From: Setoptus koraiensis
Lineage: Eukaryota; Animalia; Arthropoda
Direction of reading: 5' to 3'
DNA length: 64,000 nt
NCBI GenBank assembly: GCA_048013815.1
Contig: CM106585.1
Location: 18,290,001-18,354,000 of the forward strand
Under the pieces are notes generated by a model, which searched no databases, was not told where the DNA came from, and was given only the letters and a program-made list of their open reading frames with translations. This document shows, piece after piece, positions 33,390 through 45,300 of the stretch (position 1 is the stretch's first letter; every line of letters starts with the position of its first letter). Position numbers and translations under genes: made by a program.

Positions 33390-34616
33390 CCATGGTCACG
33401 TTGGCTGTGCCGTTTTCCACCGAGTGCGGCGCAATCAATTTAATTATGTGCACCCCAATCTGCGCGGCTTGTGGCTGGTTCAATTCGGGGGCCGGCGCCG
33501 TCGTCAGGTACGGCTGCATGTCCGGCTCGTCGGCCGACTCGTCGTGGTCAGCGGCCAGCGCCTCCGCTCTGGCCGCCAGGGCCGGAGCGGGCGCAAAGTC
33601 CGACGCGGGCGCAGACTCCGAGCGCTGCCAGGAGGAATCGCCAAGACCATTAGTGGCGGCGAGCTTGTTGTTGTCGTCGTCGTTTGCGTTGGCGCGCTGC
33701 TGCTCACGCTGATGATGTCGGCGGCGCTCATTTGCATGATTATGAACGGTCACCTGTTGCGGCGGCTGCCCCGTTGCCGCGGCCACCGCTCGCCGCTGAT
33801 GAGCCTCGGCCACGGCGAGCGGCTTGTTTATGTTTGTGCCGTCGTCGTTGTTGTTGTTGTTGTCGTTGCTGTTGCTGTTGTTGTTGTTGTTGTTGTTGTT
33901 GCTGTTGTTGTCGTTGTTGTTGTTGCTGTTGTTGTTGTGGCTGCTGTTGATGTCGCTGTTGTCTTGTCCATTGTGCGTCCCAGTTGCGTCATCAAGAATG
34001 CCCCTGCCAGCAGAGTTAGCGGTGCCCTTATTTGCGGTCATCATTAATTGTGTTTGCCGAGCTCGGTGGTGCTGCTGTTGTTGTTGTAGCTGCTGTTGTT
34101 GTTGTTGTTGTTGCTGTCGTTGCTGTTGTTGCGTCTCGACCGCATGCTGTTGTCGTTGTTGTTGTTTTTGTCGCGGCGCCACATCATGGTCGCTCGCAAC
34201 AACAGCGCCAGCGACCGACTCATCAACATCATCATCATGGTCGGCAACATTGTCACCAGGTGACGACCTTGCCAGGCGGCCGGGCGCCGCTGGTGGCTCG
34301 CCGGCCGACCGGGCGAGCCGAGCGCCATTAGCCGAGGCGCCCTCTTGACGGTTGTTGTAATTAATCATCAAAGTCGAGACATTGTTGTCGGTGCCGGCCA
34401 GTTGCGGCCGCTGTCCGCTAGTCTGTCGCTGTCCGCTGGTCCGGCGCTTTCCGCTGGTCCATCGCTGGCCACCAAACGGCCGCAATGACACAACTTGTTG
34501 CGCTTGCTCTAGGTGGCGCTTGCTCCTGATTTTAATGGTTGTATCGCTCAGTTCGGGTTGATTGGGTGCGGGCCAATTGTTGCTGGCTTCAATTTCGTCC
34601 ACTGCTGCCGCTGCTG
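33390..34616 (-). CDS. Beat-like Ig protein, exon 2 (Q/N/A-rich low-complexity region plus start of Ig1)
   Basis: 1227-nt open frame ending IGVHIIKLIAPHSVENGTANVTM with donor G|GTGAGT at 33389. The first AG after a long AG-free zone (AAG|CAG|CAG at 34617) is phase-1 compatible with exon 1. Confidence 0.8.
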
Positions 34617-34832
34617 CTTTAATTGTCCGCCAGTGGCGCGATTGTCGCGAATGTGGCGATTGTCGCGATTGTCGCGAATGTGGCGATTGTCGCGATTGTC
34701 GCGATAGTTTGACAAATGTTGGCGAGACAATTGTCGGGCAATTGTGTGTAAACGGTGTGCAGAGGGTTGTTGAGAAACAGCGACGAGATAGCGAGGAAAC
34801 AGAGAAGAAACAGCGGAGAAAGTCGCCAATTG

Positions 34833-34839
34833 GTTAGTC
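34833..34839 (-). promoter_or_regulatory. Candidate distant branch point GACTAAC followed by a pyrimidine tract (intron 1)
   Basis: Consensus branch point 217 nt upstream of the acceptor, within a 242-nt AG-free zone. Confidence 0.55.
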
Positions 34840-37800
34840 GTTGAGTCGGTTGTCGAGAGTCTGGGCAGGCCCTGAAATGGCCAATGTTGTAATGTCGTAA
34901 TGTTATAATGTCACTATGAATTGTGTGTATTGCGAGTCAATCAACAATGTGCGGGCAATTGCGTCATTTTGTCGTTTGTTTGTTTGGTCGCCAGGCGAGC
35001 TGCTGAGCGGCCTGAGCGAGCCAACGAGAGCCGACTTAATTAATAAACAGGAAACCCGATGCTACAATTACCTGGCGGCCGGTATCAGAACTTGTGATTG
35101 AGCGGTCGACGAGTGAATTGTCCAGTCTGATTGCATGTGACACAAAATCTGATATGCGGCCTGTGGAATGAGATGCCCATGTCAGGAGCTCGAATGGTGA
35201 GCTTATAGGAGCGATAATGAGAGCGGGTAATCCGATAACGGCGACGCCGACAGCGTCAGAAACGAGCTAATCCGGCCGACACATCGCGCCAACTAATATG
35301 ATGGTTTGGACAGGAGAAACACACACACTCACAGCTTTACAGGTAACGGCGCCAAAAAGGGCGCCAACAGGTAGGTCAGCGACCCGCTTGTCGAGCGGTG
35401 CCCGTGCGCACGGCGGACGGGCCGATGGGTGCGCCCCAGCCTCAGGTGACTCTAGTGGCCAGAGTCTAGTGGCCGGTCTTGCGTTCGTCAGCGGCCGGTG
35501 ACGCGAATGACAAACAAGTGACAAACGAGCGACAACAATCAAACAATGGGATCATCTTGTGCGCTGTCACTGAGTTTGTCATTGGACACTGGCAACAAAC
35601 AAACGAACGCAAACGCTCGAAAATGAAAAAACATTCAGACAAATACAAACATTCTGGCAACTGTCGGAATCGGACGCCAAAACGACGTCTGAATCATTCA
35701 GACTGAATGACGTTTGCCAGCAAACAAACAAACAAACAATTTCGCGAACAATGTAGAAACGCTAAACTGTCCGACGGCTAATTAGCCGATCGCGACACAA
35801 CTTGCGTCACACCGACAAGCGACCCTTGAACAGGTTAACCGTCGCTCAGCCAATCTAATTAGCATAAGATTGCGTCTCGGCCGTCCGACTTGCCAGCATA
35901 ATCTTGCCAGCGGAGCGCGGCTAATGGCCCGCTCGGACGGGGCCGGGCCGGCCCGCCGCTCGCACTGGGCCGTTGGTTGTCGGCCGAGCGGCCGACAACC
36001 AACGACAAACGACTCGCCAGCGGCGAGTCGTTTGTTTGCGCCAGAGTGCCGCCGATGCCCGAACGCCGCCGCCTGGGAATTTTTAGTTGGGCCGGACGTT
36101 TTATGTGTGCGATCGAAACGGCAAATAAATCGGCGCCGGCCAATCCCGGCCGAGGCGACAGCTGAGTAATTAGAGCAACACGACGGCGAGCTGTGAGAAG
36201 CCGCCAGTTGTCGCGCCGGTCGCCAGCGGGCCGCCTCGGGATCACATCGGCGCGATGTCAGCGCCGCGATATCGGCGCGTCACACTGGCGAATCGCTATT
36301 CGTTCGCGGTCCTTCGGACTGTCGCCGTCGCTGCTCTGGCCCACTTTTCGCAGCGTCTCGCTGCCAGCGAGTCACTGGCTTCTGACCGTCAGAATGTGAC
36401 GGCGCGTCGACGAGCATCCACGAATCGCAATCATATTTACGTAATCATGGTTGCTGTTTTGTTTCATTGCGTGTGCCTGTTGCGTCGATCGGGCCGCCGC
36501 CGCCGCTCGATCGGGCCGCCAAACAGCTCAATGGAGCACCAAAAGTGAAACTGCCCGTGTGAAGCCACTCGCTCAATCTGGCCAGTCGGCCGGTCGGACT
36601 GTGGGCCATTCACAGGCCCGATGGCGATGTGCCGTTGCGAGCGACTGTCAACGCAACCAGCTGTCAATGGAGCCAGCTGTCACAGAGCTGTCAATAAAGC
36701 GGTCAGCTGTTGGCGCCGTCACCAACTGCTGACAATTGGCGACTGTCAGCGCATAAATATAAATAAAAATAACTGTCAATGAGAGTGTCACGTTGACAGT
36801 TTTGTGTCGGGCCGCAATTTGCGGACAACAACAACGCAGATTACAGTGCCCAGTCAGCGGCGGCGATGAGACCAGCAATGGCGGCGACTGACTGAATTGT
36901 GACTGAGTTGTGATAGGCGCCAACACATCACAGGCCTCACACAATCTCAGCACAACAGGTGAGAGCGCCCTGCTTCTTGGCAAGCCACTTCCGGCGGCTG
37001 CCTGTGCAGGCCGCGAATAGAGCTTGCGCAGGCGACAACCCGACGAGTGCCCTAGTTCTCGCCAACGGCCAAACGACCCGATGATTGGCGATGCGGCCGG
37101 TCGGCTGCTGCACACTGAACGAGCTTGCAATTCGATAATAATGGCGGGTCTCGACTCGAGACTCTCGAGACTCGCGAGCGATGCCGCGACGGCCGGACAG
37201 CGTCAGCGGGGGCGCCAGTCACTGACGTCACTGGGCTCATCAGCCGATGCAGCGGCGACAGTGCGCGTCTCGCCCACTGGACAATGTCGCCCAAAACAAC
37301 AACAACGCCAGCCCCAAAACAGCAACAACGCCGGCCAACAAACACAAATTGTGTTTGGCGTGCCGACCGCTCGCATCAGCGCTCGTCTGTGTGAGCCGCT
37401 GACCACTGGCCAATGACAACTGACAACTGACAACTGACCACTGGCCACTGGCCACTGACCACCGAACGCTGGCCACTGACAACTGACACTCGCTTCAGGT
37501 GAGCTCACCTGTGCTCACCTGTCGGCCTGTGTGAATCGAGCTGAATCAGCTGTGCGCGCTCGCGAGTTGTGAGAGAGTGACGCAAGTAGAGCAATTGATG
37601 AATGAATGATGTCACAAGCCTGTTGCGCAACAGCAAACTGGACGAACCGAACGGACCGAGCAAACCGAACAAGCGGCCAAACTGGACAAATTGGCGCCGT
37701 GATGAGCGGCTAATCTAATGAGCTGATCGCTGGCTTTCGTGAGGCAGCTCGTCGTGAGCATTGTTGCGCAACTTGCGCCGCCAACCAATGGCCGGCCACA

Positions 37801-38166
37801 GCAGCGCCACCAGCGACGACGGCGCCCGTGACAGCCACAACTGGCCCACTTTGTCAAAACGGCCCTTCATCAATGATGAAGTTCATCGCATGTGTGCCCT
37901 GTGTCATTTGTCATTGACCAGTGTCCAGACCACTGGCCAGCCAGTTGCAACACCGATACTGGCCGCTAATTAGTGCTGCCGGCCCCCGCGCTGACCAGCG
38001 CTAATTAGCGGTCGGTCGTCGATGCAAGTTTGTTGTTACATAACATACGCATCGAGTGTGCTCGTCTGAGTGTCACGTGTGTTGCCACTCTGTCGTTTGG
38101 CATCACAGAGACTCTGTCAGAGAGCAAGCGAGTCACGACACGAACACGGCCGCTCGACTCCGCTGA

Positions 38167-38304
38167 GCTCATTCACGGGCCGCTCATTCACGGGCCGCTC
38201 ATTCACGGGCCGCTCATTCACGGGCCGCTCATTCACGGGCCGCTAATTCATTGGGCCGCTAATTCATCGGGCCGCTCATTCACGGACCGCTCATTCAACG
38301 GGCC
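38167..38304. repeat. 15-bp minisatellite (5 perfect plus ~4 degenerate copies)
   Basis: GCTCATTCACGGGCC units. Confidence 0.95.
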
Positions 38305-39185
38305 GGCGAGAGCCAAAAGAACGCCAAAAGAACGAAAGCCAGCGCGACCGAGAGTCGGCACTGAGCTACCTGTTGGCTGCGTGCGCAGCTCGAGCGCCAG
38401 CGGTCAGCGATACGATCTGGTCAGCGGATCGCTCGGATAATCGCTCGCTCAATTTATAGTGTCGGTGGTCACAGTTTAATCGCAGTGGCGGCCACTGGCG
38501 ACAAAAGCGCTCGGCGTTGTCGCGGACACAAGATGCGGCCAGCATCTTGTTGGCCGCACTGGTCAACAAAGGCACCAGCAACCACGGCGCCAACAACAAC
38601 AACGGCAACAACAACAACGGCAACAGCAACGACGACGCCATCATTTACAAAATCTGAGCGCACGCACAATGGCCACAATGGCACATTACGCAACTAACGC
38701 GGACAACGCCCGCTCTTCATTAACCTGTCGCTGGCGGCGCATCAACTGGCTGAAACCGCATCAACAAAAATTCAACGCGCGACGCACAACTCACCTGTGC
38801 TATGGGCTGTTTATGCGCCGCATAGTGCTACGCGGGCAGCCAGCAATAAATTACGTGAATATTTAGCCATATGAGCAGTGTCGTTTGATATATAATGGCG
38901 CACACACAGAACAACAAACAGGAAACGGCGCCAACATTGTCAGGTACGCACGGCTTCCGGTTTGCGCGCTTTATCTGCTTTGCTGTGCTGGAGGGCGGCT
39001 CTTGCTGCTCGTGCGTGTCAGTGCCGTGTCCAGTGTTGCTGTTGCGTTGCTGCGCACAGGTGAGCCACTGGCACCACCGGCAACCAAAACACTGGTCAAC
39101 ACTGGTGCGCCCAATGGAAGCACCAGCGGCAATGCGATGCTACAGCGACCGGCCCGTGAAAAATGAAAAATCCGCAGACGAATCG

Positions 39186-40586
39186 TGTCGTGCCGGTTCG
39201 GGCCGCTCGGGCGACACAACCGACGGCCAGCCGAGTCAGCGAACCGAGCCGAGCCAAGCCGAAATTCGACTGCACATAACGCCACTCTCGTCCAACAAGC
39301 GACACGGCAGACTTTTCAATGGTTCGCAATGGTGCTGGCGACAACAACCAGTCGCGTTGTTGTCGTTGTTGCTGTTGTCGTTGTTGCTGTTGTCGTTGTT
39401 ACCGGTGTTGTGGTTGTTGTCGTTCAAACGGCGACGACATTTCCAGCCATTTTAAGCCATTTTAAAATGGCACAAACTGGCAATGTTTTGACAGCGAAAC
39501 GTGCATCCAGATTCCAGAAGACTCACTTTTATCGCCAGCGTTGCCTCGTTTGCGTTGCTCGTCCAGTGGCCGCTCTCGGCCGCCCGTCCGGCCGCTGGCG
39601 CCCGACGCTGAGGCCCAAAATGCCCACGAAGCAGCACAATGCCCGTGTCAAACGGGGCCTCTCCGTCTGAGCGCCCGGCGCTTGAGCCCATCACGCAACG
39701 AGCGCAACACTGGCCGACAATATCCAATATCCGTCCGAATTGCGACCTGTTTGCCAAATTGTCTATTTGCCGATTTGTCTATTTGTCTATTTGCGATTTC
39801 TTGAATCATTTTGTGTCACTTTGCCCATTGCACAGTTGCATAAATATAGTTGTGAGCCGCACACCCGACCGCGGGCCGCACCGCAATCGGGTATGCGGGC
39901 CCGAAATGTGGGTATCGAATGGTGGCCACGCCGAAACGCGGGTAAGTGGGCTAACACGGCCCGTGTTACACGGCTAGCAAGTGGAGAATAATAGTGGCAA
40001 TGGTTACTCACCTGTGGAGGCTGACTTGCTTTTGCCCGAATGCTGGCTCTGCGATCGGTCGAGGGCGAGCTCGGCAGACCCGTGCAGGGCCTCGTAGTGG
40101 GGCGACGAATCTTGCTGCTTCTTCGGCTGGCTTGCTGCTGCCGCCGCCGCCGCTGGCGATAATTGAAGGAACTTTAATGGATATATTATTTTTTCGTCCC
40201 TATTTTGGACACGTGAATGCGCGGCTGTGGCGCTAACAACGATGATAACAACTATTTCGAGAACAACAATGGCGAATAATAACGAAGATGTGGATAATAT
40301 CGATGATTGCGGCCTCTTGCTGCTGCTGATTGGCGGGCTGCGGGCCTCATTGGGGCCATCGTTTCGGGCCGAGGTGGCGCTGGCGGCCAGCGCCAGGCTC
40401 TTCTTTTTCTTCATGATGCTCGAGAAGAACACTTTTCGCACTTTTTCTTCGCTCGCTGCTTCGCTTCTTGGCTGCTCGACTGTTCCAGTTGCTTATTTTT
40501 TGCTGATTGTCGCTAGTTTTCTAGTGATTAATAATGACATTAGCACTTATAATGATTGCTAGGCTCAATTCCAACTGATCACTGTT
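39186..40586 (-). repeat. Left arm of a head-to-head inverted duplication (5' region, exon 1 and start of intron 1)
   Basis: Its reverse complement aligns with 41135-43063, from AACAGTGATCAGTTGGAATTGAGC to CCGGCACGACA. Confidence 0.93.
40012..40414 (-). CDS. Beat-like Ig protein, exon 1 (basic n-region plus hydrophobic signal sequence)
   Basis: ATG 40414, MKKKKSLALAAS...LLFAIVVLEIVVIIVVSATAA...KSASTG|; donor CAG|GTGAGT at 40011, phase 1. The spliced CDS totals 3009 nt (1002 aa) if candidate exon 6 is correct. Confidence 0.8.
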
Positions 40587-40712
40587 TCGTCTGAAAGTGT
40601 CCAGCACGAGATGAATGCTTGCTCAAAATTGAATTGGTCAATTCTCAGCGCCAACAACCGCCGGCTAACCTGAACAGTGCATTGTTTTTTGCCCCCCTGT
40701 TCGAATGTCGTG

Positions 40713-40723
40713 TGCGCATGCGC
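40713..40723. promoter_or_regulatory. NRF-1/Erect wing-type site TGCGCATGCGC
   Basis: Matches the NRF-1 consensus palindrome; lies in the divergent spacer. Confidence 0.45.
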
Positions 40724-40999
40724 GCTCTTCCGAACTGCACCCTGCCAACTTTCGCGAATCCAGCATAGATGGCGGCACTGGTTGTGCGTCGCCCCAGCTG
40801 GGGCGTGTCACTGGCTTGCGACTAGTGGCGCCATCTCGTCGAGGCTGGACTCGACAAAATGGTGTAGAAAACGGTGTACAAAACGTTAGTAGGTAAAATA
40901 GCTAGACACTTATTAGGCAAGTGTAATAGCGAGCCTAACTAGTGGACTAATAAATAAAACTCTCCCACAGAGGGCGAAGCTGTAGCGCAACGCGAGTCG

Positions 41000-41010
41000 G
41001 CGCATGCGCA
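41000..41010. promoter_or_regulatory. NRF-1/Erect wing-type site GCGCATGCGCA
   Basis: Mirror copy of the 40713 site about the inverted-repeat axis. Confidence 0.45.
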
Positions 41011-41134
41011 CCGCAGAAAAAAAGAATTTTTCCTATGTGAGGTGTGTGTGTGTGTGTGCTCCTATTCGAACCGTTCGCAAACCGTTCGTTTGCGTTGCGT
41101 TCGTTCGGCCAACTTCGGAATGGCCAGCGCACAC

Positions 41135-43063
41135 AACAGTGATCAGTTGGAATTGAGCAACAGAAGAACAAACACACACGCACACGCACGACAACGCGAA
41201 AAATCGCAGCCAGCAAACGAACAGGTGAAAATGAGAATCGCTCACTCGGGCAACTTCACAGAGAAGCAAGATTAGCGAAAAGAATTGCTCGAGAATTGCT
41301 GAGAGGCTGGCCAGAGCGCCTCTTGAGAGCAACAGCAAAAGTCGATTAGAGTTAATTAGCTTCAACAGTGACCAATATCGCCCATTGTCATGATTGACCA
41401 TCACAGTTCATCGCCTTTTTTGGGGCCGCCTGGCGGAGCGGGCCAGCGACAGCCTAGCAATCATCGCAACTACTAATGTCATTGTCAACCACCAGATAAC
41501 TAGCAGAACCAGCAAAGAATAAGCGAAGAATCAGCCACGAATAAGCCAAGAATAAGCCACGAATAAGCAAAGAATAAGCCAAGAATAAGCAAATCGAACA
41601 GCCAAGCGGCCTCAAAGTGCAGCGGCCAAGAAAGAAGCAGCCAAGAAGCGAAGCAGCGTGCGAAGAAAAGTGCGAAAAGTGTTCTTTTCGAGCATCATGA
41701 AGAAAAAGAAGAGCCTGGCGCTGGCCGCCAGCGCCACCTCGGCCCGAAACGATGGCCCCACTGAGGCCAGCAAGCCGCAGATCAGCAGCGAGAGGCCGCC
41801 GTCACTGATTTTATCCACATCGTCGTTATTGTTCGTTATTGTTGTTCTCAATATAGTTGTTATCATCGTTGTTAGCGCCACAGCCGCGCATTCACGTGTC
41901 CAAAATAGGGACGAAAAAATAATATATCCATTAAAGTTCCTTCAATTATCGCCAGCGGCGGCGGCGGCAGCAGCAAGCCAGCCGAAGAAGCAGCAAGATT
42001 CGTCGCCCCACTACGAGGCCCTGCACGGGTCCGCCGAGCTCGCCCTCGACCGATCGCAGAGCCAGCATTCGGGCAAAAGCAAGTCAGCCTCCACAGGTGA
42101 GTAACCGTTGCCACTATTATTCTCCACAATTGCTACCCGTGTAACACGGGCCGTGTTAGCCCACTTACCCGCGTTTCGGCGCGGCCACCATTCGATAGCC
42201 ACATTTAGGGTCCGCATACCCGATTGCGGCGCGGCCCGCGGTCGGGTGTGCGGCTCACAACTATATCTATGCAACTGTGCAATGGGCAAAGTGGCACAAA
42301 ATGATGAAGAAATCGCAAATATAGACAAATAGGCAAACAGGTCACAAATAGCCGTCGAATCAGCGACGGCCACCACACCAGCGCTCGGGCTGGTCGTGCG
42401 CGCCGCCTAGTGGCAGGCGTCGTCGACTCGCCCTAGCAAGAGTTTGCGAGCCGACAACGAATTGCGCTCACGGGCCGCCGCTCCGACATAATTCAGAAAA
42501 ACGGAATTCAGAAAAACCGTGTTTCGAAAAACAAAATTTCGAAAAACCGAGTTTAGAAAAACCGAATTCAGAAAGAGCGAACGCATATCGGATATTGTCG
42601 GCCAGTGTTGCGTCATGGGCCAGGCGCCCGCACGGAGAGGCACCGTTTGACACGGGTATTGTGCTGTGTTTCGTGGGCATTTTGGGGCTCAGAGTCGGGC
42701 GCCAGCGGTCGGGCGAGCGGCCACCGGACGGGCAGCGCAAACGAGCCAGCGCTGGCGATAAAAGTGAGTCTTTTAAATGCACGTTTCGTCGGCAAAACAT
42801 GGCCAGTTTGTGCCATTTTAGAATGGCTTAAAATGGCTGGAAATGTTGTCGGTGTTGCAACGACAACAACGACAACATCAACAACAACAACGACGCGACT
42901 GGTAGTTGTCGCCATTGCGAACCATTGCGAACCATTGCGAATCATTGAAAAGTTTGCCGTGGACGAGAGCGGCGTTTTGTGCTGCCGAGTTTCGGCTCGG
43001 CTCGGTTCGCTGACTCGGCTCGCCGGTGGTTGTGTCACCCGGGCGACCCGAGCCGGCACGACA
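41135..43063 (+). repeat. Right arm of the inverted duplication
   Basis: Matches the left arm, with two extra blocks (41159-41453 and ~42345-42584). Confidence 0.93.
41697..42096 (+). CDS. Duplicated, intact signal-peptide first exon (paralogue of 40012-40414); downstream exons not identified
   Basis: ATG 41697, open frame of 133 codons plus 1 nt, hydrophobic core retained, donor CAG|GTGAGT at 42097. Confidence 0.6.
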
Positions 43064-45180
43064 ATGCGGCCGACTGCGACCGAGTGCGGCCGAGTGCGAG
43101 TTGCCCGGCGAACGGGAGTCGCCAAACGAGCGACAATGGCCATTCATTTTTACCTGGTTGGCCCGACTTGACGCGGCACGCCAGCGCACGGCCAAATGTG
43201 GCGTGCAAACAGCCAAACAGCCGACTGAAAACCGACCGAAAACCGACCGAAAACCGACCGAAAACCGACTGAAAACTGACTGAAAACTGTCTGGCGACTG
43301 GCAAACAACGCGACTGGCAAACATCGCGACTGGCGAGCAACGCGACGATTTTGCGCGACTCGTATGCGAATTCTCGGCGACTTTTCAGCGGCCGCGACCT
43401 ACAGTTTTGGGCAATAGTTGCGGTGACGCACGCTGACTATTGCGTAAGTGGCATAAATGGCACATATGAATGCCGAATATATGAATGCTGAATATATGAA
43501 TGCGACCATTGCGACAATGCGCGCCGCGCGCCCGCCGATAAACTGAACGATGAATGAAACTGTTGCAACAAGAGCGAGAGTAAAACTAAAACGACAACGA
43601 CAATGCCAGCCCAACGATGCGTACAATTGCGTAATTGTCCGCATCGCCAGCGCCAGCGTAAATTGGCATGCCGCGCCGGCCGCCAGATGAATTTTTGCGA
43701 TACTAGCGGGCGAGCCGGCCAGCGGTCAGTGCGCGGCCGGCCGGGCCGGCCGCGGGCCGGCCCGTGTGAGTGGCGGGCGGCCAGCAACGCGGCGACAAAT
43801 ATTGATATAGTTGCGCAGTGGTCGTAGCCGATGCTGTCGTGCAGCGCCGGCCCAGGTGAGCGCCGGCTAATTGTTGTTTGTGCGGCAATTAGCGGACGAG
43901 GCGCGCAGCGCCACTTGTTTGTGCGCTCGTCCATCATTATGCGTCATTGTTGTTGCTGTTGTCGTCGTCGCTGTTGCTGGTTGTTGCTGGTTGTTGCTGG
44001 TTGTTGCTGGTCGTTGCCGGTCGTTGCCGGTTGTGCGAGCTGTGCGACTTTCGACAGCGAGCAGCCGCTCGCTCTCGAAAGAACGAATCGCCGATGCGAC
44101 CAACAGAGAAGATTCCCAGCGAGCGAGAGAAGCGAGATTAATTTCGTTGCGCAAAGTGAATCACCTAATTCATTAGCATCTCGCGGGACAACAACAACGA
44201 CAACAACAACAACAACAACGTCAACAACAACAACGAAAACAACAACAACAACAACTCAAGTGGCCGTCGTCACACAAGAACAAGTGCGCTCCAGATTACG
44301 AAATGAATGGAGCAGAGCAAAGAAAAATCATCTTCACTTCCTCTCGCCGGCGCTCGCTCTCTGGCGTGCTTTTTATTTTTATTAAAAACATTTTATCAAA
44401 ACCAATTAGGCACACCCACCTGCCCACAGGGTATCCTGGCTGCGAGTCTTCGGCGCCCGGATGCCCCGCGCTCAACGCTCGCCAATGCGCCCATTTTTCG
44501 TCCCTAATTTTTTCCCATTTTGTGTCGCGTCGTCCCAGTTTGTGTCGCGTCGTCCCATTTTTTTGTCGCTCGATCCCATTTTATCCCATTTCGAAGCCAG
44601 TGGCACACTGTGTCTCCCCCTAATTAGAGCCCCTGCGAATCTCATCAGTCGCTACAGCGGCCGCAATGATAGCTCACTGGCACCAGAGCGCAAGCTCACA
44701 CTCTGAACATCGGAGCGACGCCAAAAGTGCCGAGACGAGTCTCACAAGTTGCGACGGCAGCCACTTTCGAGAAAACTTTTCAGAGTCGTCGGGCGACAAC
44801 TGGTTATATTAACTTTAAACCGGCGATATTCGTATCAAACCGGCGATATTCGTATCAAACTGGCGATATTCAAACTGGTGACATTAATTTCAGAGCGACG
44901 CGACGCTGCGATGTGAGCTGCATCCAGTTGTATCGTTGTATGCACAAGCCCGACGCCCACACCGATCGGCCGCGTCGCCGAGCTTCATCGGGGGCCCGTC
45001 TGTTTCGCGCGGCCGTGTGAGCCTCTCCCCTTCTGGTGCCAGTTGGCAATGGAGTTGCCGGGAGGAGGGCGCGAGAGGGGCCCGAAGAGGCCCGAGAAAA
45101 AGCGGCGCTCATTGTGCGAATCGTGAATTATGAATATGAAACAGGCCGATTTGTCGGAATCTAGGTGACACGACAGCGCC

Positions 45181-45300
45181 AACAACGGCAGCAGCGGCAA
45201 CAACAGCAACAACAACGGCAACAGCAACAACAACGGCAACAGCAACAACAACGGCAACAGCAACAACAACGGCAACAGCAACAACAACGGCAACAACAAC
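45181..45300. repeat. 18-bp CAA-rich tandem repeat, about x6
   Basis: AACAACGGCAACAGCAAC units; the source of spurious poly-L and VVVAVA ORFs. Confidence 0.9.

Noticed and set aside
43871-44385. Thr-rich or phase-1-compatible plus-strand ORFs as exon 2 of the duplicated copy
   Set aside because: The phase-1 frame stops after ~45 codons without a credible donor, and the Thr run is a CAA microsatellite.
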